A stretch of DNA of 45,400 bases from Selenomonadales bacterium (GTDB taxonomy: Bacteria > Bacillota > Negativicutes > RGIG982). How positions within the stretch are numbered: the first letter of the stretch is position 1; every line of letters starts with the position of its first letter. Of the stretch, positions 10,601 to 19,146 are shown piece after piece. The position numbers and the translations under genes are program-made. The stretch covers positions 1 to 45,400 of the forward strand of contig JAFSAX010000134.1 in NCBI GenBank assembly GCA_017442105.1. The letters are read 5' to 3'. Below the pieces are notes generated by a model that saw only the letters and a list, made by a program, of their open reading frames with translations, was not told where the DNA came from and did not search any database.

Positions 10601-12988
10601 ATTCGCAAAGTCCTGATCGAGTGCATCGAAGTCCTCCTGCATCTCGTCTGTTGCTTCAAAGGTATATTCGGGCATCTGGTAGCGTTCGCCGCCGCCCTTG
10701 TATATCTCGCGTGCCATCTCCCACAGCTCGGCTTTGTTCGGCTTACGTTTATGCTGTTTATAAAAGTCGCTATACCACTCGTCATTATCGCTCATGCGTT
10801 TTGCAGGATGGCCTATCTCGTCAGAGTAGTACATATGTATGCCTCTGCTCATGCCTTCTTCCAGTTTCTTCACGATATTGCCGAGGCGCGCATTGATAGC
10901 TGTTTCTGTATCGTGCTTCATCTGTTTCCATGCCTGCATCGGATTGGACGGATTCGACAGGATGATAGCCGCGCCCATGTCCTGCTCTATGCCTGCTTCG
11001 GGGAAATTTGCCGTGATAATACCGTCTATCAGCTCTGCCTGCTTTTCTTCCTGCTCGATGCTGATGCTTTTTGCCATCTCCTCAGCAACAGCCATATAGT
11101 ATTTCTTACGTGCCGCGCTGTGTCCCTTTTCATCAAAAGAGATGTACCGATCGAACTTATCATTGTTCATTACCGTCTGCGCGTAGATTTCCGTAGGCAC
11201 GATGAGATCAGCCTTATTTTCGATGATGGCGTTGACTTCTTCTTGCTCAAGTCCCATTTCCTCAACAAGCTGATTGAACACTACCGCGCCTTCTTCGTCC
11301 TGCAGGGCAAGTTCCGTGTCGACGCGTACTTCCTTAAACTCCGTGTTCTCAACTGCACCTTTGACAGCCGCTTGATAGATCTCTGGATTTTTCTTGAACA
11401 ACTTCGATTCTGCCATATTCGCCTGCAGATTCTTTATCATGGCAAGACCGTTCGCACGCTTCATCTCTGCAAAGAAGATATCATTTTGCTCTTTCTGCAG
11501 ACGGGCAAAGTCGCTCACGCTTTTGAAATTCGACACCGTACCACCGATAACGCCAAGACCGATGATACCGGGAAGAGCTTCTGCCGACGCTTCCAGCGCA
11601 CCTTTGGCAAACTCTGTACCTGTATACTTACGGTATGCCGCCTGTGGTGCATACGTTACGATGGCATTATGTACCGCCTTATCGCTTGCATCCTGCACCG
11701 CTTCTTCTGCCGCTTCGGTCGCTCCTGCTTTTGCCGCCTGCAATACGCGCTCTCTGATGAATTGGGACATACCTGCTTTCAACATTGCTTGATCGCCCGA
11801 TGCCTTTGCCACGATTTCCATGATATCACGCTTGTAATTTGCACCGAGGAGATTCATGATCTGACCGTAATTCCAGAACTCCACGCCTGTTTCCATACCT
11901 GCCGCGATCGCCGCGAACGCACGTGCTTCATTCGGCGTCAAAAGGGTTTTGCCGTCTTTTGACTTCATCTCGCTGTACTCGGCATAATGTCTGCCTGCGC
12001 TGTTCATGAACATATCCTCTGCCATACCGTATCTGAATCCGATACCTGCCGTTGTGATAGCCGCACCCATAGCAGGAGCAGCAAGTGTACCACCCGACAT
12101 GACTGATACACCTACCCCTGTCGCAAGAGCCGTAGCCGCAAGGTTTGATCCTCTCTGTATCCCCTTGTTCATGTGGTAGAGATTAGCACCCGTACCGCCC
12201 GCGATTGCTACCCAAGGATCGTCAAGGAGATTCGGCATAGACTTCTGCTCGGGGATAGACTTCTTGATAGATGCGATCTCTTTTTTCATCTCATCTGTCA
12301 GCTCACCGCCTGCAAAACCAAACACGCCAAGCTCACCGATGCGGTAATTCGCCTTGTCCATCGCATACCCAAGGCTAAACGCCTCTGTTGCCGACTTTGC
12401 TTTCGTCAAGTCCTCGATATTGTGCATGGCGATAGCAACATCGGTATCGCTCATATTCGGATTCTCAACGACTTCTTTCAGCCCGGGGAACTTCGCATAC
12501 ACAGCATCCATATCGTCCCAATCGTTGATACCCTCGGGCGCAAGTGCCATACGCTTCTTCGTATACTCCTGCACACTTCTGCCCTTCGCCATGTTCTCGT
12601 CACTGTACAACAGTGCATTGACAGGGATACCTGTTTCAATACTGATGACCTGTGCCTCACGCTTCTTTTCTTCATCCGTCGCCAAATATTTTCTATACGC
12701 ATTACTGCCTTTCAGATAAGCGGCTGTATCCGATGCAGTTTCAACGATCGTAGACACCGCGCCTGTAAATGGTGCCACAGCACTTACAACATTCTCCGAT
12801 ACATCCGCACTTACCACACCTGTCATCGCACCGCCCGCCAAGTCAAGCATAGACAGATTGTCTGTGCTGTACTCATACTTCGGTTTCACAGGAGCAGGAG
12901 AGGATTGCTGTGCCTTGCGAATGCGTTCTGCACGCTGTTCGTCAACGAGCTTCAATCGCCGTTGCCACCGCTCAATATCGTTTGCCAT
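4637..12988 (-). CDS. Giant (2,783 aa) multi-domain internal virion / ejection protein of the polyvalent type
   Basis: Uninterrupted ORF in the T7 gp16 position after the other core proteins. Gly/Ala-rich hydrophobic N-terminus, an HILVKH nuclease-like module, a YHGTPH...GWGLYFA module, HELGH, an E/K coiled coil, and a roughly 900-aa C-terminal region. Confidence 0.85.
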   Translation of the reverse strand: MANDIERWQRRLKLVDEQRAERIRKAQQSSPAPVKPKYEYSTDNLSMLDLAGGAMTGVVSADVSENVVSAVAPFTGAVSTIVETASDTAAYLKGSNAYRKYLATDEEKKREAQVISIETGIPVNALLYSDENMAKGRSVQEYTKKRMALAPEGINDWDDMDAVYAKFPGLKEVVENPNMSDTDVAIAMHNIEDLTKAKSATEAFSLGYAMDKANYRIGELGVFGFAGGELTDEMKKEIASIKKSIPEQKSMPNLLDDPWVAIAGGTGANLYHMNKGIQRGSNLAATALATGVGVSVMSGGTLAAPAMGAAITTAGIGFRYGMAEDMFMNSAGRHYAEYSEMKSKDGKTLLTPNEARAFAAIAAGMETGVEFWNYGQIMNLLGANYKRDIMEIVAKASGDQAMLKAGMSQFIRERVLQAAKAGATEAAEEAVQDASDKAVHNAIVTYAPQAAYRKYTGTEFAKGALEASAEALPGIIGLGVIGGTVSNFKSVSDFARLQKEQNDIFFAEMKRANGLAMIKNLQANMAESKLFKKNPEIYQAAVKGAVENTEFKEVRVDTELALQDEEGAVVFNQLVEEMGLEQEEVNAIIENKADLIVPTEIYAQTVMNNDKFDRYISFDEKGHSAARKKYYMAVAEEMAKSISIEQEEKQAELIDGIITANFPEAGIEQDMGAAIILSNPSNPMQAWKQMKHDTETAINARLGNIVKKLEEGMSRGIHMYYSDEIGHPAKRMSDNDEWYSDFYKQHKRKPNKAELWEMAREIYKGGGERYQMPEYTFEATDEMQEDFDALDQDFANLDILNDIKGKVENLTASEMAVVRGLTPSGYKVYQAARKQFERGNADVQKAGRMNAILFARYADRMADNISKITGKPYTAEDYMRERTSIVADATEVEEGAYGQDIAEAKLKKDEADFAKTVDTWTKLPKRGESYVMHTPLALEIAGVAHLPIKIKNKTFEHILVKHKDSIGKEELKKIPRALTDPLFVAESNGNILVALDLGDKNDVSIVTFLLEKRDSTGNNANFILSSYGKDSAYGTANAVKQTDYKWFIDNFLNTNKIRYINKKKTTDWLREARLKPPYVLNKISSLSTTNIPNENDLRKRKKGMPTYYQTAYHGTPHTFDTFDLGAIGTGEGAQAHGWGLYFAQDKKVSEEYRRRLAGEVKESIYLGYKAVRGEWRDAEGNRASDVLERALNYLSNENGNVAATILSLKQAASKWNDVRLDEAADYLEENFASKGIEKTENEAKTPGELYEVDIPENDVLLDEQKPLKEQPPKVINALKEIGKRTTTGKFVDYKGKTYKYVKGSLFGDWVDFSTHRHVRKGSDLGKELDEIADSIYEKEYKYNIFNANDTGHAIYSKLVKEYGSLEEASRKLNEYGVKGITYEGYLDGRCFVVFDDKAISVIERYNQSVRGQTRISGMSRVVSLFESADKSTFVHELGHVALADLKMLAEMDGAPAQLVRDWQTVKEWLGYKDSQGFTREQHEKFARGFEAYLRTGEAPVRGLRAVFRTFKKWLCDIYADFVQLGGKPSAEVRAVMARMLASEQEIEAEAKVQGIESITKKKGMQILDDTTQAMYERWVREAKEEAKEKVLKIAMQDVSDEMEAGRQEIIKAMREDIEERLKEQDIFRAEECVRLSGSMDILPTLGYTEESYKAELEMHGGGLEKAVEKELAQAVEDMDSYTDVEATVNAEAEKALSSSKYKAMILTLEYEALERKEKEERRLDKSVDKALDEIEKSLRGEEEQPKDEGKEVKSLKQRIADLKYTYRWREAEMKLINQMQKQAAKVEAKQDKEEAVEKAVGKAKEKAEQDKAKILDTVKQLRDFITSSKEGIRLVRDAVEGQMDMYKRAAFMNLMYMPIRQATATYSWRHKERMKGVEVARLMAKGKWQEAKQAKREQVMFSYFADESAKLKADVDKKVNKLKKRSNSIAKGNVKLAADERYFYNHLLYVFGVNRRDAIMPQEWQGSESVDAMFKRYAKEYEAHFLDEDGEVDIPQFIKDAAGGNDVYKTQVNIEGRKNPVKALGYGALTKDEFDGLFDILTSVYTIGQNANRLFTVIDEDGKAVSFEDAVQRIADGVRKNVKAKANDDPTGMTLPTTLEKITAARDAAVGELIKPETIFRWNDGGKEGVSMMFLYDPIDRAANKEMRMQAQAAKAVHELFGKYREHRKEERYKLGTSVLTKEQVIVLALNWGTELNRKRVLDGFKKPDEQNKDAFVNLTEKDIEEVLGNLTAEDWQTVTGVWTLLESFWGDTVAIEERMTGVGIEKQQAVPFDIVGKDGTVYHLAGGYYPIMYDPTKSGRQQDLEKDDVAKMQMSGNAVLGTRRGFTKQRSRQTIERPIYTVLDPLPKALDDVIHNICYREAIRDVYKLINAQEVRVAIEEAYGTSTHRSLDKWVKDNWVMDEKKDKITKVAAFLRRNATMAVMGWRVTVAALNLVNIAPVTEYIGAGRTFAALRNFASDPVKEYQFCLEKSEFLAHRAETMDRDVREKLREIREGESKLPNLAGKVIRGAKEKIEWAEEHAFTLMAYTDLMFAAPLWKSEYERVYREGVGKGLSAENIERRAVAAGDAAVRRVFGSGDVKDLAPVQRSHEVAKQLTMFYSYMNTVFNALAFRYGRAVNAGEWMKFARSVLYWLILTKAMEEVLRALWGDDEEDMSERIKKVFDPAHMAQSFGEQVFGMIPIAREFFKVTVGVFMGERVYGAKMTSAYDVVDRAQRASQAIMSKKKDWIDVGREVTRASNSFTGWSDTITDGIWTFIRYADNDFDNDIGEVLKAIVFDKKIK

Positions 12989-15112
12989 TTACTCGTCCTC
13001 CTCGCCGTATCTGTCTGCCTGTTTGTAGAAGTCATCTTCATCCATTATCGCTGTTCTGCCATTCGGGTAAGTTACCGTAACAGTGCCGTCGCCGTTTTCT
13101 CTCGCGTTCGATATGCCCATCGCACGCATCGCCGCATTGCTGAGTCCCATCTGCTCATAATCAGCAAGATCGGAATTGCTTGCCCACCAACTATTCTGCG
13201 GTTTAACTGCCGCCTTGGTAAGTGCATCATATATCTGACTATAGCTCGGTGTTCCTCCGTTTTTCTCAACATAGTCCTGTATGAAATCCTGTGCCGCAGC
13301 CTTCGCACCGAGCCATAGACCGTTGTTATTGCCGTAATCACGCTGGAAATCTGCCTTCAGAGAGACCCAATCATATGTATCTTTCTGCATCTTGCGGTAA
13401 TATCCCACGAGAGACCGTCTGTCGGCAGGAGATACCCCTTCCGCATCCAGTGCATCGGTAAGCATATCTTCACTAAGAAATCTCCCCATATCAATAGCAT
13501 CTTTGAGCATTGCCATACCGTCCCTCGACACTTTGCCATAGCCGCCACTACCGCCACTGCCGCCCGTACCGCCCGATCCGCCGATATATCCTGCCATTCT
13601 TCTTTTTACTTGGCGATATACTTCAGGATCGTCGGCGTATCTTCTCGCAACCGCTTCAAACTGCCCCCGATCGGTAACACCCGACTGATGCAACTCCCAC
13701 ATCGCATCATCTGCGCTATCTACGCGCTGTCGGATACGCTCGTTCTCAATAGCTTTTTTTTGATTGCAGATGGCGATTACCCCGTTTCTTTGCTCCTGTT
13801 TTTCTTTGGCGGTAAGCGGTATCTTTTTTTTCGTTACACCGAGCGTACCATATCCGATTATCTTGCCTGCAAACGTGCTCATAGGCACAGAGCCGACACC
13901 CTTTGACGAGCCCGCCTGCGTGATATTGCCGTTTTCATCTACCATACCTACGTGCGTAACGTTTTTGTATGCCGTCTTATTTTTCGGATCGGTATTTACG
14001 ATAAATACAAGGTCGCCTGCTTGTGGCTTGTACGAGCCATCGTTTGCACGGAATCTGCCGTTTTCTTCCGCCCACTTGCACTGTGCATCTGCTACTCGTG
14101 GTATCTCTACGCCCATATGATGAGCAAGCTGTTGCGTATATGCAGAACAGTCGATACCGTTTTCGTCGTTGCCGCCCCATTTGTACCGAACGCCCTGCAT
14201 GCTGTCTTTGTATTCTTTTGCTTTGTAATAATTGCCGCCTTCTTCAATCTCTATCGTGTCATGGTTGGCAAGGATAGCATCGATCTTCGTTATATCATAA
14301 TTCGCTTCTTTGGCGATCTGTTCTTCCGCAGTCAACATTGCTTCATCCTTATCCGATTCCACAAGTCCTTTGCGCCATCGATTTAGCGTGCTTGGTGGTA
14401 CTCTATCACCGAAAACGTTTATCAAACTTCTTACCGCATCGTTATCGCCGTTTGAGTAAGCCGTTTCGACCACCGACGCTACCACTTTCGCTTCTGTTTC
14501 ATCAAACTTCGACTTACACCACTCTGCGCCGTATTCGTTCTCGCAATTCGCACGAATATCCGTATAGATCGCATCAAGCTGTTCTTTGACCGCAGACGGG
14601 TCTTTGTAGTAGTGCTGTGCGTTCTCCATCTTGAAATTGATCGAATTAGTAAGATTGACATCACGATATGCCTTTTTCTGTTCAAGACTGTAATTGCGGA
14701 CCGTATTGAAGTTTCGCTGTGAATCTTTGTCTGCCAGATTCGCAAACGCAATATGCGCTTTTTCATACTTCGGCAGCATCGGAAGAATGTCTGCTCTGAT
14801 CTTTTGCTCTTCTTCCTCAAACGTCTTGCCGATACCGCGCGCATTGGCAAGCTTCTTGTGCATCAGTCCGTTCTCTTCGTTATACAGAAGGTCGCTGATA
14901 CGCCTATCGTATTCATTTTTAGCCGCAGTAACGTCCGCTACCATATCTTCTTCACGCTCTTTCTCCACGAGCGAAAGAACCGTACCGAATCCTCTTGCCA
15001 TCGCATCGTAGCCGCTTCCGTCACCATAAGCAATGGCAGGCCCTGTCGATTGTCTTGCTGGCGTACTGCCGACCTTAAGCCCCACGTTGGACTGGTATCC
15101 TATTGCTTTCAT
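12989..15112 (-). CDS. Internal virion protein with an NlpC/P60 cell-wall endopeptidase domain
   Basis: 707 aa. VRYKWGGNDENGIDCSAYTQQ...THVGMV supplies the NlpC/P60 Cys and His. Also has a GGSGGTGGSGGSGG linker. Lies in the core-protein block. Confidence 0.8.
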   Translation of the reverse strand: MKAIGYQSNVGLKVGSTPARQSTGPAIAYGDGSGYDAMARGFGTVLSLVEKEREEDMVADVTAAKNEYDRRISDLLYNEENGLMHKKLANARGIGKTFEEEEQKIRADILPMLPKYEKAHIAFANLADKDSQRNFNTVRNYSLEQKKAYRDVNLTNSINFKMENAQHYYKDPSAVKEQLDAIYTDIRANCENEYGAEWCKSKFDETEAKVVASVVETAYSNGDNDAVRSLINVFGDRVPPSTLNRWRKGLVESDKDEAMLTAEEQIAKEANYDITKIDAILANHDTIEIEEGGNYYKAKEYKDSMQGVRYKWGGNDENGIDCSAYTQQLAHHMGVEIPRVADAQCKWAEENGRFRANDGSYKPQAGDLVFIVNTDPKNKTAYKNVTHVGMVDENGNITQAGSSKGVGSVPMSTFAGKIIGYGTLGVTKKKIPLTAKEKQEQRNGVIAICNQKKAIENERIRQRVDSADDAMWELHQSGVTDRGQFEAVARRYADDPEVYRQVKRRMAGYIGGSGGTGGSGGSGGYGKVSRDGMAMLKDAIDMGRFLSEDMLTDALDAEGVSPADRRSLVGYYRKMQKDTYDWVSLKADFQRDYGNNNGLWLGAKAAAQDFIQDYVEKNGGTPSYSQIYDALTKAAVKPQNSWWASNSDLADYEQMGLSNAAMRAMGISNARENGDGTVTVTYPNGRTAIMDEDDFYKQADRYGEEDE

Positions 15113-15116
15113 CTAC

Positions 15117-15755
15117 TCACCACCCGCTATAATTCGGCAAGCCGTACGCGCCCCAGCCGTACTTCTGCTTTTTGGGAGCTTTGAAATCGTACGTATCCGC
15201 CCAATCTCCACTTACCGTTCCGCTTGTCGCCACTTCTTTCGCTGTATCTGCCGTCTTGCCTGCATCGTACGCACCGTAGATAGAAGATGCCGCACCCAAG
15301 ATAGACCCGATCTGTTTCTGTCTGGACGCACGCTTGGCGTTTGCCGCCGCACTGTATGAATTAAGAGCCGACTGCATATAATTCGTTTCCTGCGCCCGCG
15401 ACGCTTCGTTATCGTATCGCTGATTCTGCAGGAGATTCATGCTGTCTTTCTTCCATGCTTCTTCTGACGAGGACATGATATCAAGACCGCTTCCCGTCAT
15501 CGTCATACCGCTTGCCCCTGCGCCTGCCGCGATCTGACCGTGAGCCAGTCTGCGCTTATCGTCAAGCATCATCTGATCCTGTGCATACTTGTCGGCGATA
15601 CGCTCCTGCTGCCTACGCTCCGCTTCTGCGTTCATCTCGGCATTGCGTGCCTGCGCCTTATACATTGCCTCCTGTGCATCTCCTTCGGCTTTTGCCCCCA
15701 TAAAATTAGAATACCCTTGGAGTGCCGCCAGACCTATTGTCAAACTGCACATCAC
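15117..15755 (-). CDS. Internal virion (core) protein, gp14-like position
   Basis: 212 aa. Hydrophobic N-terminus followed by a Q/A/N-rich coil. Position matches podovirus core proteins. Confidence 0.5.
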   Translation of the reverse strand: MMCSLTIGLAALQGYSNFMGAKAEGDAQEAMYKAQARNAEMNAEAERRQQERIADKYAQDQMMLDDKRRLAHGQIAAGAGASGMTMTGSGLDIMSSSEEAWKKDSMNLLQNQRYDNEASRAQETNYMQSALNSYSAAANAKRASRQKQIGSILGAASSIYGAYDAGKTADTAKEVATSGTVSGDWADTYDFKAPKKQKYGWGAYGLPNYSGW

Positions 15756-16225
15756 TTCTCACCTCCGATCGTGAACATCATAAACTTATCGCCCTTCTCG
15801 TTGATGGGACGCGGCTCATGAAACACTGCCCCCATTCGTTTCAGCCATGCAACGGCTTTCTTGTTTTTCACACTTACGAAGTTAAACAGCATCCCGTATT
15901 CCGCCGTCCACTCTTTCAATACTCTGCGCGATTCTCTCACAAACGACTTCTTGCACTCGTCAATACCATCCGTTCCAAGACACCAGATGATGCGGCCGCC
16001 CGCATACTCTTCTTTCGACACGCCGAAGATACAGACGGGCTTCTCTCTGTGCCCGAAAAACATTGTGATCTCCGAGCCGTCCATACCGTCTTTGATCGCC
16101 TGCTCTCTGTCTGTGTACCCGATCGCCTCAAGCTCAAACACATCCATCTTACGCATGTTCCGCGCAATATCTTTCACCATCTCATCGGCTCTTTCGTCTT
16201 CACAAAATACTACCCTAGCCACCAA
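15752..16225 (-). CDS. Small virion-assembly / internal protein (T7 gp13-like position, DUF2833-like C-terminus)
   Basis: 157 aa. The C-terminus LFNFVSVKNKKAVAWLKRMGAVF resembles the gp13/DUF2833 pattern. The TTG/GTG start is uncertain. Confidence 0.4.
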   Translation of the reverse strand: MVARVVFCEDERADEMVKDIARNMRKMDVFELEAIGYTDREQAIKDGMDGSEITMFFGHREKPVCIFGVSKEEYAGGRIIWCLGTDGIDECKKSFVRESRRVLKEWTAEYGMLFNFVSVKNKKAVAWLKRMGAVFHEPRPINEKGDKFMMFTIGGEK

Positions 16226-18491
16226 ACTGCACCTTCCTTACGATACTGCACAGCGAAAACGGGAACGGCTCATCATGCTCAATAAGTATCCGCCCGCTGT
16301 TGTTGAAATTCACAGGCACCGTACAATGTTTGTCCCCTGTATATAAAGGATATGCGCCCGTTTCCATCAGCTCGTCATAAAAGATCATATCGAGCGCATC
16401 GATGCGCTGTCCCAAACGACCGCCAAGCGACCGCTCCAGACGGAGGATCGCTTCTTTCACGTCCTTCTTGCGCCCCTGCATCGTGCCGTCCTTTGCTCCG
16501 ACCTCCACATTCGGCATCTCTACCGTCATGCTGATGGGAAGTCCGACTACGATATGGTGGGCAGGCATCACAAGCGACACCGTACCGTCTGATGCTACCT
16601 GTGCATCAGGCTGTCTGCGACCGTCTGCCATGATCTGCACCGTCATGCCGACCAAATGACCAGCCTGTACGATCGTCACAGCATCTTCATATCGGTATCT
16701 CACCGAACTGTCTGTACACGTATGTTCCATCACATCTTCGCTCACGCAATGCTTTGCCATACGCTCGATATATGTCACCGCTTCGCCGTCGATCTCGCGC
16801 TGTACCGCGACATACAGTGTATCTTCTTCCTGCCCGGGGATAGAGCATACCGATATTGCCTTGCCTTTGCCTAAGACGCTGTGCGCCCACGCGTACACGT
16901 TCTGTTCCCGAATATACGTGATCTCCACCAGTACGCCGTCACTTCTCACGAAATGCACGATGCTGTACGGCTCCTGACAGTACGCGCTGTCCACAAGGTC
17001 ATATCCGTTTACGAGATGCTTTGCAAGCTGTGTGAGATCGTCGCCTGCATAATTATCCGATTCGTATGAATATCCCATATCTCGGACCGTACCGCCCCTT
17101 CGCTGTACGTAGATCACACGAGAGCCGATAAACAGCGGCTCGCACTCATTCGATCCACGCGTCGTCTGCATCTTCGGATTGATATTCGCAGGTGTCACTA
17201 CCTCACCGCCGCTGATGACCCACTCATTGCCGTTCGTCAACACAGCCAAGTCCTGCCCCGGCACAAGATGATTGATCTTATACATCTTGCGCGAAATAAG
17301 GCTTGCCATGATCGCGCTGTCATCGGTAACAGTGCCGTTTACCTTTTCTACCGAGAAATTATAATAATCCCCGCTTCTGCTCATCCAGATAGAATGTGGA
17401 TAATACTTGTTTCCTGCAAAGCACAGTCTATCTTGAAAGAACGCCGAACATGTCGGATACCCGTACGCCTCAGACCACACCGAGAAAGCAAAATCTGCGC
17501 TCGCTTCTGTCGAACCGAATCTGTCAACGACGGTCGCCGTTACCTCTTTGGCTGAGGTATATCCTGTGATCTTCGCCGTACCCGTATGCGTATAACCATA
17601 AGCAGACAGATCACACTCACACGTACCGCCCATGCAGGTTATTTTCAGCTTGATATACGTATGCTTATCAAACGTGCCGCTCTCTGCCACGTTAAGATCA
17701 CCCGTGCCGTCAGCATATTTGCCGACATACTTGCGGTATTCCTTCCATGTCGCACCATCATCAGACTGCAAGATCGTGATCGTGCCGCCCCACTTCCCAT
17801 GTGAAAGGATCTTCCAACCCTGTCCGCAGAGGAGCTCCGTGCTTTCGCTCGTTACATCTTTCGCTACTGTCAACGAAACTGTCTGTGTAGCAAGCTCCTG
17901 ACTTATTTGTACGTGCGCTCCCACCATCGCAGATGTAAACGTATCCTTTGACGCTGTTATCGTGATACTGCCATTCAGTGCGCTCGGGGCGACCGTTGCT
18001 GTTGTCCCGTCGAGTGCAAGACCATTGGCAATATCAAAATACGGATGCGAACAGTCAAACTCTTTGATAGTCCACTCCGTATCACTGTTTCGGCGAAGCT
18101 CCTGCACAGGATGCGTACCCGAACAGATATACATCACATCCGCGCTCTGATTGAAGCGCAGATAAGGCAAGTCCGATTCCGAAAACGGCGATGCGATCTC
18201 TACGCCAAGATACACACCGTCCCGCCATACCCTGATGTACTTCTCTCCGACTTCAAGCATATAGCTGCTGTTGGCACTCTCGGGAAACTCTACCAGAATA
18301 CAATTTTTACTCTTTGCTCTGCCGACATATTCCGTTCCCTGTCGCTTCTCGATACCGCCGTACGGCTTGACCACTACATTTTCCGCATTGAGTAATGCCG
18401 ACTGGTACTTGTCAATGTCGGTACGTGATGCTACCTCGCTCGATATCTCCCCGCCCGCAAAAGACGGTTGAAGAATGTATATTGCACTCAT
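16215..18491 (-). CDS. Tail tubular protein B / nozzle (T7 gp12-like)
   Basis: 758 aa, directly after the gp11-like gene. The size, order and N-terminus (PSFAGGEISSEV...YQSALLNAENV) fit nozzle proteins. Confidence 0.7.
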   Translation of the reverse strand: MSAIYILQPSFAGGEISSEVASRTDIDKYQSALLNAENVVVKPYGGIEKRQGTEYVGRAKSKNCILVEFPESANSSYMLEVGEKYIRVWRDGVYLGVEIASPFSESDLPYLRFNQSADVMYICSGTHPVQELRRNSDTEWTIKEFDCSHPYFDIANGLALDGTTATVAPSALNGSITITASKDTFTSAMVGAHVQISQELATQTVSLTVAKDVTSESTELLCGQGWKILSHGKWGGTITILQSDDGATWKEYRKYVGKYADGTGDLNVAESGTFDKHTYIKLKITCMGGTCECDLSAYGYTHTGTAKITGYTSAKEVTATVVDRFGSTEASADFAFSVWSEAYGYPTCSAFFQDRLCFAGNKYYPHSIWMSRSGDYYNFSVEKVNGTVTDDSAIMASLISRKMYKINHLVPGQDLAVLTNGNEWVISGGEVVTPANINPKMQTTRGSNECEPLFIGSRVIYVQRRGGTVRDMGYSYESDNYAGDDLTQLAKHLVNGYDLVDSAYCQEPYSIVHFVRSDGVLVEITYIREQNVYAWAHSVLGKGKAISVCSIPGQEEDTLYVAVQREIDGEAVTYIERMAKHCVSEDVMEHTCTDSSVRYRYEDAVTIVQAGHLVGMTVQIMADGRRQPDAQVASDGTVSLVMPAHHIVVGLPISMTVEMPNVEVGAKDGTMQGRKKDVKEAILRLERSLGGRLGQRIDALDMIFYDELMETGAYPLYTGDKHCTVPVNFNNSGRILIEHDEPFPFSLCSIVRKVQFGG

Positions 18492-18495
18492 CTCG

Positions 18496-19104
18496 TCACA
18501 TCCTCACCGTCAAATAATCATCGGGAAAGTGCGGCATCGTTTCTTTCTCGTTCGCGCTTGCCAGCTTCGCATTGGCGATCATCTCGCGGAACAGCTGGTA
18601 CTGCGTATTGGCGATGCTCTCCGATCCCGTCAAACTCTGCGCAATATTGTAGGCGATGATACGGCTGAGTGCTTCAACAAAGTCCACACTGAACGTATCC
18701 ACATCGACTACATCATGTGTATATTCAAGATATGCGTCCTCGACATTGCAGGCAACAGCGACCACGCCATTGTCTAAAACGAATACCTCATATTTTTCTT
18801 TCTCATATTCCTTGACGCTCGCGCCCTCCTCATTATAGATGCGGCGCACTGCAAGACATTCGCTCGGATACGCATATGCATGTTCGTATCCGGGTATTTT
18901 TTTATCCACCTTTGCCAGACGAACGATACGCTTTGCAAAACCCCATACATAATTTCGCAGTAAGAGTTGGCGCAGATGATCGTAATACAGCTTACACATA
19001 CGCGCTTCCTCGCTCTTATCTTCCAAGCTAAATATTCTGGTTTTCGCAATATAGCCGAGTGCCATATTGCATATCTCGATATTGGTTACGGCATTCACAG
19101 CCAT
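18496..19104 (-). CDS. Tail tubular protein A / adaptor (T7 gp11-like)
   Basis: 202 aa. VTNIEICNMALGYIA...EEARMCKLYYDHLRQLLLRNYVWGF parallels the N-terminal pattern of T7 gp11. Confidence 0.6.
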   Translation of the reverse strand: MAVNAVTNIEICNMALGYIAKTRIFSLEDKSEEARMCKLYYDHLRQLLLRNYVWGFAKRIVRLAKVDKKIPGYEHAYAYPSECLAVRRIYNEEGASVKEYEKEKYEVFVLDNGVVAVACNVEDAYLEYTHDVVDVDTFSVDFVEALSRIIAYNIAQSLTGSESIANTQYQLFREMIANAKLASANEKETMPHFPDDYLTVRM

Positions 19105-19118
19105 ATTGAATCCCCCTT

Positions 19119-19146
19119 AAAAAAATAAGGCAGGTGTTACCCTGCC
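19119..19146 (-). terminator. Intrinsic terminator inside the late operon, after the capsid genes
   Basis: Minus-strand RNA forms GGCAGG-GUAACA-CCUGCC followed by UUAUUUUUUU, immediately after the stop at 19147. Confidence 0.7.

Noticed and set aside
10190-11962. Long plus-strand ORFs (for example 10190-11962 at 590 aa, 19150-21264 at 704 aa, 2433-3602, 4841-6076, 6137-7213 and 12173-13318)
   Set aside because: They lie antisense to strongly supported minus-strand genes and lack RBSs. Their Cys/Arg/His/Phe-rich translations are typical of shadow frames.
4637-12988. Virion RNA polymerase (N4 or crAss style) as the identity of the giant protein
   Set aside because: I could not find polymerase-like motifs. 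The recognisable motifs are nuclease-like, ART-like and zincin-like, and the phage has host-type promoters and sigma-like activators.
13754-13831. Two T8 homopolymer tracts (13754-13761 and 13824-13831) as phase-variation switches
   Set aside because: Both simply encode Lys-rich stretches (KKA and KKKI) in frame. There is no evidence of slippage from a single sequence.
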